From an uncultured archaeon (lineage in GTDB: Archaea > Hadarchaeota > Hadarchaeia > Hadarchaeales > Hadarchaeaceae): a DNA stretch of 64,000 nucleotides. Both the position numbers and the translations under genes were made by a program. The notes under the pieces are model-generated. The model was not told where the DNA came from. It saw only the letters and a list, made by a program, of their open reading frames with translations, and ran no database searches. The stretch lies in contig CAKZTQ010000011.1 of NCBI GenBank assembly GCA_937921735.1, positions 1 to 64,000 of the forward strand. The letters are read 5' to 3'. Shown here in pieces: positions 39,060 to 47,370 of this stretch; the stretch's first letter is position 1; the number at the start of each line of letters is the position of its first letter.

Positions 39060-39161
39060 ATGTATTGGGAGCTCGAGGAGGAGCTTGAGCGGAAGCTCCA
39101 GCGAAAGCGCAAGAAGTACCGCGCGGTCTACCGCAGGGCACACAGGAAGGGCAGAGGTTAA
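39060..39161 (+). CDS. Possible 33-aa acidic/basic micro-protein
   Basis: MYWELEEELERKLQRKRKKYRAVYRRAHRKGRG; in-frame upstream ATG at 39027. Confidence 0.3.
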   Translation: MYWELEEELERKLQRKRKKYRAVYRRAHRKGRG

Positions 39162-39193
39162 TTTTATTGCCCCGCTCGAGAAAATTTCATCTC

Positions 39194-39297
39194 GCGGGGG
39201 TGCCTGAGCCTGGCCTAAAGGGCGGGACTTAAGGGCCAAGCTAAGAGATCCCGTGGCCGTAGGGCCTTCGAGAGTTCGAATCTCTCCCCCCGCACCA
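39194..39297 (+). tRNA. tRNA-Leu(TAA) with 14-nt intron at 37/38 (39234-39247)
   Basis: GCGGGGG/CCCCCGC acceptor stem, long variable arm, CGGGA-CTTAAG[intron]A-TCCCG, canonical BHB, encoded CCA. Confidence 0.93.
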
Positions 39298-39362
39298 TCC
39301 CGGCGAAGGGTTTGGGGGCATTTAAGGTCACCACAAATCCTCATCTAGCCGAGCGGCAAACC

Positions 39363-39839
39363 ATGGCGCCGAGCCAACCCTACAAGATCAGGCCGATCGA
39401 GCCGGATGACTTGCCCAAGGTGATCGAGCTCATCGCCTCGGCGATCTCGAGCGCGGATGCGGAGTTCGCTAGGTCCATCTTCGCCTATTACTTTCGGGAA
39501 GGTCGATCGAAGCGGCAAGCTGAATACTACGTCGTCGAGCTAGGCGGCAAGGTCGTGGGAGTCTCGGGGTTTTACAGGCGAGGCGAAGCTTACTGGCTAG
39601 GGTGGTTCGCCGTCAGCGAGGAGTACAGGAAGCTCGGAATAGGCAGCGCGTTGCTCGAGAGGGTCGAAGAGGAGGTCAAGGCTAGGGGCGCAAGGGAGCT
39701 CTACGTCTACACCAGCTCGCTTCCGAAGTTCGAGGGGACGAGGGAGTTCTACAGGCGAAGGGGCTTCGAGGAGGTGTGCGAGGTCGACCACCCGCGCTGG
39801 GAGCGGGATATGCTCTTCCTCCGCAAGCGGCTCAGTTGA
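39363..39839 (+). CDS. GNAT N-acetyltransferase
   Basis: WFAVSEEYRKLGIGSALL motif A, FYRRRGF. Confidence 0.9.
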   Translation: MAPSQPYKIRPIEPDDLPKVIELIASAISSADAEFARSIFAYYFREGRSKRQAEYYVVELGGKVVGVSGFYRRGEAYWLGWFAVSEEYRKLGIGSALLERVEEEVKARGARELYVYTSSLPKFEGTREFYRRRGFEEVCEVDHPRWERDMLFLRKRLS

Positions 39840-39972
39840 GCTGAAGGCTCTCGGTATCAGCATCCCAGCGACGTCTAGCGTTAACAGCAGTGATGTCCGT
39901 TATCGACGCTGCTTTGAATTGAGGTCCTGGCCACAGAGAGCCTTTAATTGTCACGTTTCAAAGATAACTTGG

Positions 39973-40050
39973 GCGGCCGTAGTCTAGCCTGGTCTAGGAC
40001 TCAGGCCCTCCAAGCCTGAAGCGCGGGTTCAAATCCCGCCGGCCGCACCA
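39973..40050 (+). tRNA. tRNA-Gly(TCC), with C instead of U at position 33
   Basis: GCGGCCG/CGGCCGC acceptor stem, CAGGC-CCTCCAA-GCCTG, GTTCAAATC, encoded CCA. Confidence 0.88.
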
Positions 40051-40279
40051 CTCTAAAACTGCCAAATGAGCAATATTTTTGGCAAATTTTTGGATAAAAG
40101 GCATATAATTCCTCTCAAGACCCTCTACAGGTGGCCTTTAATTATGACATGCTTTCCGCCAATTAAGTGCGGAATTAATCATCGATTTCTCAAAATCAAT
40201 TAAGGACAAAAAATACAAAAGGATAAATACAAGCAAAAGAGGGGCCCGATGTTCGAAAACAGAGAATGGAGGTAGGAAG

Positions 40280-40753
40280 ATACACGTTTTCAAAGATGTA
40301 ACCATTCGAGGACCTAAGGGCGAAAAACACCTGAGGGGGGTACTCGTGGACACTGGAGCTACATATACCACCATGCCTCGTTGGATCATCGAGCTCATCG
40401 GGGCAACAGATCCTTTAAGGCTCGTCGACCTCGAGCTCGCGGATGGACGGAAAGTGAAAGCGACGTTACATTCAGCAGAGGTCGAGATAGATGGTAGAAA
40501 GGGATTGGTGAAGGTAGCCTCCTTCGAAAACGCGAAGCCTGCGATCGGAATGGACACGCTCATGGCCCTCGATTTCGGGTCGGAGGGGCGAGGAATGAGG
40601 TTTGGCCTAGTCGATAGGGTGCTATTGAGAACTGCTTACTTGATCGGCTCTATTTTGATGGTGGTATTGAAAGCGATCGGGGTCCTTTTGATCATCGCGC
40701 TCTTCGCGTTGCCGGTGATATTCTTATTGTTGCTCCTGCTTAGCGTAATCTAA
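40280..40753 (+). CDS. Retropepsin-like (clan AA) aspartic protease fused to a hydrophobic tail; ATA start or pseudogene
   Basis: Frame extends upstream of the track start to (I)HVFKDVTIRGPKGEKHLRGVLVDTGATYT; LADG flap, IGMDTL; SD GGAGGT before ATA 40280. Confidence 0.65.
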   Translation: MHVFKDVTIRGPKGEKHLRGVLVDTGATYTTMPRWIIELIGATDPLRLVDLELADGRKVKATLHSAEVEIDGRKGLVKVASFENAKPAIGMDTLMALDFGSEGRGMRFGLVDRVLLRTAYLIGSILMVVLKAIGVLLIIALFALPVIFLLLLLLSVI

Positions 40754-40769
40754 GCAGAGGGGGTGGAAC

Positions 40770-40946
40770 ATGCCAAAATGCTCTGTCTGTGGGCGGGAGT
40801 TTCGGGAGGACCAGCTTCTCCGCTGCTACGATTGCGGTAGGGCCTACTGCGAGGAGTGCGCGCCCAGAACGATAAAAGAGCTTGGAGTATGCCCGGACTG
40901 CGAAGAGGTGTTTGAAGCAGAGGAGGACTACTGGGGATGGGAGTGA
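40770..40946 (+). CDS. 58-aa four-CxxC double zinc-finger micro-protein (not in ORF track)
   Basis: MPKCSVCGREFREDQLLRCYDCGRAYCEECAPRTIKELGVCPDCEEVFEAEEDYWGWE; SD-like GGGGGTG. Confidence 0.78.
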   Translation: MPKCSVCGREFREDQLLRCYDCGRAYCEECAPRTIKELGVCPDCEEVFEAEEDYWGWE

Positions 40947-41134
40947 AAAGGGTGAAATGCAAGACATCTATATGGAACAACTTTAGATGTCCACGAGCCT
41001 AAAGGAAAAATTGTTAGATGCGTTAATCTTTGCACGATGAACACGATATGGTTTAATTGATTTCACAACCTCATAAGTTTGAATTGAAATCCAATGTCCG
41101 GGCCGCACCACCTTTAGATGCTTTGACTCGCCTA

Positions 41135-42109
41135 CTAAAGTTCTGGCCGAGGGTCGTCAGCCAAAGCCGACTCGATGCGGTCGGACAGCCTGCCGAAATA
41201 TGCCTCGACGTCGACCCGCCTCAGCCCCCTCGAGATCTCCTTTCTCCAAGCCTCTAAGAAGAAATTCTCCAGCCCGTAGAACTCGGCGGCGCTCAAAAGC
41301 CTCTTTTCCAGGTCAGCGGCAAGCTCGAAGACGTCCTCCATCTTCTCCTTGTACTGGATATCCCGCAGGATGTGGTGGTCGAGGATTATCGTTTTCGCCC
41401 TCGTCTCCTCTATCGCCCTTTTCAAGTTCTCCTTGGAGCGCTCGAAGGACGCCGCGGCCATCCTCCAGCCCACGAAGATGGTGGGAAAGCCGTCGAGGAT
41501 CATCAACTTCGGATCCTTCTCCAGCACCCATTCCAGCGCTTGGGGGTCGGCCAGGCTCTGGGCATCGCTTCCGAAGAGCAGCGAGTCCTTCCCCTTCTCC
41601 ATGTGGACCATGATCACCCTCCCCACCTGGCTTCCGAGCTCGCCGTGCCAGACGGCCGGCGAGAAGGAGAGGTGGACCCCCTCGATCTCGAAGTCCCTCC
41701 CGTCCGCCCACTCTATCGCCTTCGCTAGCCCCCTCGCCTTTGAATCGAAAATCTGCCCGCGCTTCTTGCCGGAAAGGTTTATGTTTTTGGTTCTGTCCTT
41801 GGCCAGGACCAGCTTGCTTCCGAAGCAGCGCCGGTACATTTCGTCGTCGTCCGGGAAAGGGTGGTGGTCGTAGTGGTAGTGTGTGACGATGGAGACCTCC
41901 GCCAGCTCGGAGACCTCCATTATTTTCTCCCTCGATAGCTCGAGCGCCCTGAGCTCAGCGTCGGTTGGCCCGAGGCCGTAGCGGGTCGGCCCCAGCGCCA
42001 CCCCGGGATCTATCTGAACCGTCAAGTCCCCCATCGAGACCAAGGTGGACATGCTCCGGACGCCGAACGAATCAAACGCTATGGGTAGAACCCTCGTCCC
42101 ATCGCCCAT
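41135..42109 (-). CDS. UPF0282-like metallo-beta-lactamase-fold protein
   Basis: AFDSFGVRSM, IDPGVALGP.RYGL, THYHYDH, SDAQ, DHHILRD. Confidence 0.87.
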   Translation of the reverse strand: MGDGTRVLPIAFDSFGVRSMSTLVSMGDLTVQIDPGVALGPTRYGLGPTDAELRALELSREKIMEVSELAEVSIVTHYHYDHHPFPDDDEMYRRCFGSKLVLAKDRTKNINLSGKKRGQIFDSKARGLAKAIEWADGRDFEIEGVHLSFSPAVWHGELGSQVGRVIMVHMEKGKDSLLFGSDAQSLADPQALEWVLEKDPKLMILDGFPTIFVGWRMAAASFERSKENLKRAIEETRAKTIILDHHILRDIQYKEKMEDVFELAADLEKRLLSAAEFYGLENFFLEAWRKEISRGLRRVDVEAYFGRLSDRIESALADDPRPEL

Positions 42110-42166
42110 GTGTCATTGGGAGTTCCGGGTTCTTTAAATTTGGGCCGGTGAACTACGAGAAGGGCG

Positions 42167-44470
42167 TTATCGGCATTTGTAAAGGGGGTTCTTGCTTCCG
42201 CCGCCAAGCTCCCGCAGGACTAAAATGGTGGGTAGGATCACGAGCGCCACGACCAACCCGTAAGATATCACGAGCGCCGTAAGGATGCCGAACCTCCTCA
42301 TCGCGGGCATGCCGGAGAGCGAGAGCACCGCGAACACCCCTATGGTTGTCGCCGCGGCCGCCAGTATTGCCGTGCCCACTCCCGCGACCGCCTTCGCCGC
42401 GGCTTGCCATGGCTCAGCTTCGCCCCTCTCTTCCTCGAAGCGAAAGATCATGTGGACGGTGTAATCGACGCCTAGCCCTATGATCAGAGCTGAGATACCC
42501 ATCGTCAGCACGTCGAGGGGCCAGCCGAGCAGCCTCAACGTACCGAATTCCCAGCTCATGGCGAGCACGAGCGGCATCAGTGCGATCAACCCGGTCGTCA
42601 GCGACCTGAAGAAGATGGCTAAGACGGCGAAACAAAGCAGGATGGCCAGCGCCGTGGAGCGGTACAAGGTGGGGCCTATGCTGTCAAGGATATCGCTGAG
42701 CACGACCGGTTCCCCCCCGACGGCCGGTTCGCCATCGATGGTCAGGTCTAGTGCTTGACCGACGTGCGCTTCCACGTTGGACCTGACTATCTCAGTCGTC
42801 AACTTGCCCTCTTCGTCCGTCCTCGCGCTAACGAAGAAGTACATCACGGCCAGACCATCGCTAAGGAGTCTCTCTCTGGTGGCTGGGTCCAGGCGCTGGA
42901 TGACTGCCGATACCTCAGCATCGTTCGCAGGCATTTGACCGCCGGCCGCGAGTATCACCGCATCGGCCAAGCTCCAAGAGCTTTTTATGAGGCCTCTGCT
43001 GGCATTGCGTTGATCCTTGAGCACGGCTTCTCGCAGGGCGAGCATCTCCCTCAGCCCTTGGACGCTCGTCACCTCACCTCTGGCGAGGACGAAGATCGCC
43101 GATCGTTGGCCGAATCTATCGCTTATCTGGTAAGCCGTGGCCACGGATTCAATGTCCTTGGGCAGGAACAGCTCCACCGACATCGTCGTGGGTATGCCTA
43201 CCGCGGAGATGGAACACACTACCGTGGCCAAAGCCGCGCCCGCGATTATCAACCTCCAATGGCGGCCCACGCGGAGGGCAGCGGTAGCGAGCAGTCCCTG
43301 GACGCGCCCCCTCCGCTTTGCGGCCCTCGCGCTCGCGGAGTTCACCTTTCGTCCATCTCTGATCGCCAATATCGCCGGTAAGAAAGTGAGCGACAGCACC
43401 AAGTTGAATAGGATCCCCAACGCGGCGAAGGCGCCCAATGTCTTGAACGGCACGAGCTCCGAACTCATGAACGAGCTGAATCCCACCATCGTCGTGACGG
43501 CGGAGGTGGAGACCGCGACGCCCACCTTCGTGACCGAGGTCAGGATAGCCCTATCCGCTCGAGGGGTTCTCCCGCGCTCCTGATAGTAGCGGTTGAGGAT
43601 GTAGATTGCATAGTCCACCCCCAAGCCGAGGAGGAGCGGCACGAGCGCGACGTGGAACACGGTGAAGCTCAACCCGAGATGCCCCATTACGCCGAGCGCC
43701 CACATCGAACCCAAGGCGACGGTCGAGAGGGCGATGGGGATATCCGAGGCGCGCCTGAAGGCTAGGAAGAGGATGACCAAAACGAGTAGGCCCGCTGCCG
43801 GGATCAGGAGGCGATTGTCCCTGTCCATCATGCCGTAAATGTCCTCCCGTATGACGATGTCTCCCGTCACCTTGGCCAGTAGCCCTTCGTTCGAGGAATT
43901 GAAGTCGCGTACGTGCCGCCTGATGGCATCGATGATCACCGCATGCTCGTTCTCTGGTAGCTCACCCTTCAATGTTACCGTGACCAGCGCCGCCTTCTGG
44001 TCGCCCGTTATTAACTTTCCCACGACTCCCATCGCCACCTCGGGCCTAGCCAGTAGCGATTGCACGCCCGCCTCGAGCAAGGGATCAGGGGGCAGCACTC
44101 CGCCCGTGGCTTCGAGGATGGGTGGAATCACATAGTCGGTGTAAGCCTCCACTAGTGTAACGAAGTTCTCCAGATCCTCGTCGGACAGCATCGAGTCTTT
44201 GAGTTGAAGTATAGCGCGGATCGTCTCAGCGCGCGTGAGGTTGTCCCCTTCGACGAGTATCTGCACGTAGGAAACTTTGCCGAACTCGTCCTCGAACGCG
44301 AGCTTCGCCTTAACGGCCGGGTTGTCCTCCGGGAGGAATTCGCTGAAGTCCGTGGTCATCGAGAGCCTCGCGACTCCGCAAGCCATGAAAGCGCTCACCA
44401 CGGCCACGCAAGCGAGCACTAGGAACGGTCTGCTTATGACGATCTTCGCGATCCACGGCATGCCCTGCAT
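42167..44470 (-). CDS. RND/MMPL-family transporter
   Basis: Two repeats, each with an extracellular loop and TM bundle; GLGVDYAI and GLGVDYTVH motifs. Confidence 0.92.
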   Translation of the reverse strand: MQGMPWIAKIVISRPFLVLACVAVVSAFMACGVARLSMTTDFSEFLPEDNPAVKAKLAFEDEFGKVSYVQILVEGDNLTRAETIRAILQLKDSMLSDEDLENFVTLVEAYTDYVIPPILEATGGVLPPDPLLEAGVQSLLARPEVAMGVVGKLITGDQKAALVTVTLKGELPENEHAVIIDAIRRHVRDFNSSNEGLLAKVTGDIVIREDIYGMMDRDNRLLIPAAGLLVLVILFLAFRRASDIPIALSTVALGSMWALGVMGHLGLSFTVFHVALVPLLLGLGVDYAIYILNRYYQERGRTPRADRAILTSVTKVGVAVSTSAVTTMVGFSSFMSSELVPFKTLGAFAALGILFNLVLSLTFLPAILAIRDGRKVNSASARAAKRRGRVQGLLATAALRVGRHWRLIIAGAALATVVCSISAVGIPTTMSVELFLPKDIESVATAYQISDRFGQRSAIFVLARGEVTSVQGLREMLALREAVLKDQRNASRGLIKSSWSLADAVILAAGGQMPANDAEVSAVIQRLDPATRERLLSDGLAVMYFFVSARTDEEGKLTTEIVRSNVEAHVGQALDLTIDGEPAVGGEPVVLSDILDSIGPTLYRSTALAILLCFAVLAIFFRSLTTGLIALMPLVLAMSWEFGTLRLLGWPLDVLTMGISALIIGLGVDYTVHMIFRFEEERGEAEPWQAAAKAVAGVGTAILAAAATTIGVFAVLSLSGMPAMRRFGILTALVISYGLVVALVILPTILVLRELGGGSKNPLYKCR

Positions 44471-44601
44471 TTTTCGCCCCCCGCCAAGGGTTGACCTATC
44501 TTTTCTTTTAAGGTTTGGAGGTAGGTTGCTATGGGAGAAGGATGGCGAGGTCGAGGTCAGCGAATTCTTTTATTTTATCGAACGAAGGCCAAGTCGATGG
44601 G

Positions 44602-45447
44602 ATGCGGCTTACAGTTTTGGTCGACGATTCCAAAAACCCTTTGAGGCCAGAGCTCAGGGCGAAGCACGGGCTATCGATGTTTATCGAGCTTCGAACCGGG
44701 AAGCGCGGTATGAGCTTGCTCATGGACGCCGGGCAATCTGCAGACATCGTATTGAGAAACGCGGAAAGGCTCGGCGTCGACCTCGCGGGGGTGGGCGCGA
44801 TTCTGCTGAGCCATGGCCACTACGATCATACGGGGGGTCTTCTCGGCATCTTGAGGCATATAGGCAAAACGACGCCCGTGATAGCTCACCCGAACGCGCT
44901 TGAGCAGAAGTTCACGTTTAGGCGCAGACGCCTCAAAAAGATAGGGATCCCATTTGAGGCTTCGGAGATAGAGAGATCTAACGGTATGCTATCGCTGAGC
45001 CGCGATCCCAGGCGTCTATCGCCAGAGACGTGGCTCAGCGGGGAGATCGAGAGGGTCGTACCCTTTGAGGAGGTGAAGGGATTCAAGGCGAGAAGGCAAG
45101 GCAAGCTGGTGGACGATCAGATACCCGATGATCAGGCGCTCTTCGTTAACTTGAAGGGCAAGGGACTCGTGGCCATCACGGGCTGTGCTCATGCTGGCTT
45201 GATAAATACCGTCGTTCAAGGGCTTAAGGTGACCGGCTCGGAGGTCGTGCACGCGATCATCGGGGGGTTCCATCTCATCGACGCGAGCGTCGCGAGGATA
45301 AGAACAACGGTCCGGGAACTACAAAGGATAGATCCTCGAGTGGTCATGCCCTGCCACTGCACGGGGAGAAAGGCGATAGGGAAGCTCGTCGAGGCGTTCG
45401 GAGAAAAATGCAGGCAACTCAGGACCGGCGATGGTGTAACATTTTGA
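44602..45447 (+). CDS. Metallo-beta-lactamase-fold hydrolase
   Basis: HGLS, DAGQ, LSHGHYDHTGG, DDQAL, GCAHAG, GGFHL, PCHCTG; start ATG 44602. Confidence 0.88.
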   Translation: MRLTVLVDDSKNPLRPELRAKHGLSMFIELRTGKRGMSLLMDAGQSADIVLRNAERLGVDLAGVGAILLSHGHYDHTGGLLGILRHIGKTTPVIAHPNALEQKFTFRRRRLKKIGIPFEASEIERSNGMLSLSRDPRRLSPETWLSGEIERVVPFEEVKGFKARRQGKLVDDQIPDDQALFVNLKGKGLVAITGCAHAGLINTVVQGLKVTGSEVVHAIIGGFHLIDASVARIRTTVRELQRIDPRVVMPCHCTGRKAIGKLVEAFGEKCRQLRTGDGVTF

Positions 45448-45460
45448 GGCGGTAAAAGCT

Positions 45461-46132
45461 CTAAGCGCGGCTAAAAGTCAGCCTCCTGCGCTTACGGTAC
45501 CGCCTGAGCGGGAGCACTAAGACAGCACCGGCCAAAAAGCCACCGATATGCGCCCAGTAGGCGACGGTCGATGGAATGCGGGCTATGAGGAGCACCGACG
45601 CGCTTAGCACCTGCAGCAGGAACCAGAACCCCAGAAACGCTATGGCCGGGATCTTGACCAGGTGCCAGATGAAAAATACCGTCACCAGCGTCAGCACGTT
45701 GGCTCGAGGGTATAGCACGAGGTAGGCCCCGAGCACGCCGGAGATCGCCCCCGAAGCCCCTATGGTCGGAATGGTCGAGCTCGGGTCGGAGAGGATGTGT
45801 GCGAGGCTGGCTATCAGCCCGCTGCCCAGGTAAAGCAGCAAAAACCTCAGCCTGCCGCAGGCGTCCTCGATGTTGTCCCCGAAGATCCAGAGGTACCACA
45901 TGTTCCCTATGATGTGAAGGTAGCCGCCGTGCAGGAACATCGACGTGAATAAAGTGTACAACCTTTGTCCCCGCACGATATCTCTAGGCACCATGCCGTA
46001 GCTCTCGACGATCTCCACGAAGGAGCCGGAGAGGAGGCAGCCCAAGAAGATGGCCGAGTTCAGGACTATCAGTAAGACCGTGAGGATGGGCTTGCCCTTC
46101 ACCGGGTTCTCGTCCTTTAGAGGAAAGGCCAT
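45461..46132 (-). CDS. Rhomboid intramembrane serine protease
   Basis: PLKDENP, SMFLHGG..HIIGNM, GASGAISG, AHIGGF. Confidence 0.93.
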   Translation of the reverse strand: MAFPLKDENPVKGKPILTVLLIVLNSAIFLGCLLSGSFVEIVESYGMVPRDIVRGQRLYTLFTSMFLHGGYLHIIGNMWYLWIFGDNIEDACGRLRFLLLYLGSGLIASLAHILSDPSSTIPTIGASGAISGVLGAYLVLYPRANVLTLVTVFFIWHLVKIPAIAFLGFWFLLQVLSASVLLIARIPSTVAYWAHIGGFLAGAVLVLPLRRYRKRRRLTFSRA

Positions 46133-46140
46133 CTCGAACC

Positions 46141-46611
46141 TCACTTCGGCGCTTTTATGATGGTCACGATGTCCTCCTTGAACTTCCGGTTGGGCACCAT
46201 TATTATGCATCCATCCTTGGTCTTCAGCTTTGTCGTGGTCAGGGTCATCTCAATCACCTTTCCACGTTTTCCGCCAACTTCGACCTCGCTCCCGATATCT
46301 ATTAGCTTGCTGCCGATTAGGGAGATCCCGGCGAACGCGTTCGAGATCCAGATGTCCTTGAGCGTGAAGGCGAGAGCGCCCCCTAATACCCCGAACGCAG
46401 CCAGCACGCTTAGGATCATGGGGATTATGTTCCAGATGTACAGTAGGAAGATTATCAGGCACGTCGCCAAAATGATCGATACTAGGTTGGTGAGGCTTCC
46501 GTGTCCTACTAGCTTGCCTAGCTTGCGGCTTACCAGCGTGCCAAAGAGCAACCTAAAGGCCGCGATGCTGGCGAGGATCAAGATCGTCGCCAATAGCTTG
46601 TGCGTTAGCAT
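46141..46611 (-). CDS. Small MscS-family mechanosensitive channel protein
   Basis: Three TM helices, AFTLKD..SNAFAG, GKVIEMTLTTT, MVPN. Confidence 0.75.
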   Translation of the reverse strand: MLTHKLLATILILASIAAFRLLFGTLVSRKLGKLVGHGSLTNLVSIILATCLIIFLLYIWNIIPMILSVLAAFGVLGGALAFTLKDIWISNAFAGISLIGSKLIDIGSEVEVGGKRGKVIEMTLTTTKLKTKDGCIIMVPNRKFKEDIVTIIKAPK

Positions 46612-46676
46612 GCTGACCCAACTTGACTGGGGGGACGGATTAAATAGCTTTCACGCCGAAATAGGGTCGTGTTCGT

Positions 46677-47366
46677 ATGCTCCACTTGATATTGGCGGAC
46701 GCGGAGCTCGAGACGGTCCCTCCCGAGATCGCGTCGGACCGCACCGTGCGCTGGCAAGCCCGCCGCAGGGGTAGAAGACCTACCGAGCTATTGCTCGATT
46801 CAAACTATCATTACGTTGCGATGCGACGCTTGCCTGAGGCCGACCGCCGAGGAAGGCCGGACATAGTGCACCTCTGCCTATTGCTCGCGCTGGACAGCCC
46901 CCTCAACCGCGAGGGGCTGTTGAGGCTCTACGTACACACCAGGCACGATAAGCTCGTGACCGTCGACCCCGCCACTAGAATACCCCGCGCCCAGAACCGC
47001 TTCGCGGGACTGCTGGAGCAGCTATTCCTTATCGGCGCCGTGCCTCCTGAGAGACCTCTCCTGCGCATCGAGGATTCCTCGCTGTCAGATATCATCCGTA
47101 GGATAGGCGCGGCCAAGGTGATCACCTTCATCGAGCGGGGCGAGAAGAAGACCTATGGCGAGCTCTTTCAGGGGCTTAGCAGGGAAGACGAGGTCTGCGT
47201 CATCGTCGGCGCTTTCCCCCACGGCGACTTTCGCTCGGACGTGGCTAAGCTATCGGACGAGTTGGTGTGCGTCGACCCGGAGAGGCTAGAGGCAGCGACG
47301 GTAACAGCGAGGGCGATCTACGCGTACGAGGAGGCGTTGTCCATCCAAAAGAAGAGGCTGGGGTAA
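46677..47366 (+). CDS. nep1: 16S rRNA pseudouridine N1-methyltransferase Nep1/Emg1
   Basis: LLDSNYH, RGRPDIVH, DSPLN, RIPR..RF.GL.EQL, GAFPHGDF. Confidence 0.93.
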   Translation: MLHLILADAELETVPPEIASDRTVRWQARRRGRRPTELLLDSNYHYVAMRRLPEADRRGRPDIVHLCLLLALDSPLNREGLLRLYVHTRHDKLVTVDPATRIPRAQNRFAGLLEQLFLIGAVPPERPLLRIEDSSLSDIIRRIGAAKVITFIERGEKKTYGELFQGLSREDEVCVIVGAFPHGDFRSDVAKLSDELVCVDPERLEAATVTARAIYAYEEALSIQKKRLG

Positions 47367-47370
47367 GTTA

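Larger units (their letters stand above)
40041..41111. mobile_element. Degenerate mini-island integrated at the tRNA-Gly 3' end
   Basis: GGCCGCACCAC at 40041-40051 repeated at 41101-41111; AT-rich flanks; no integrase. Confidence 0.45.
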
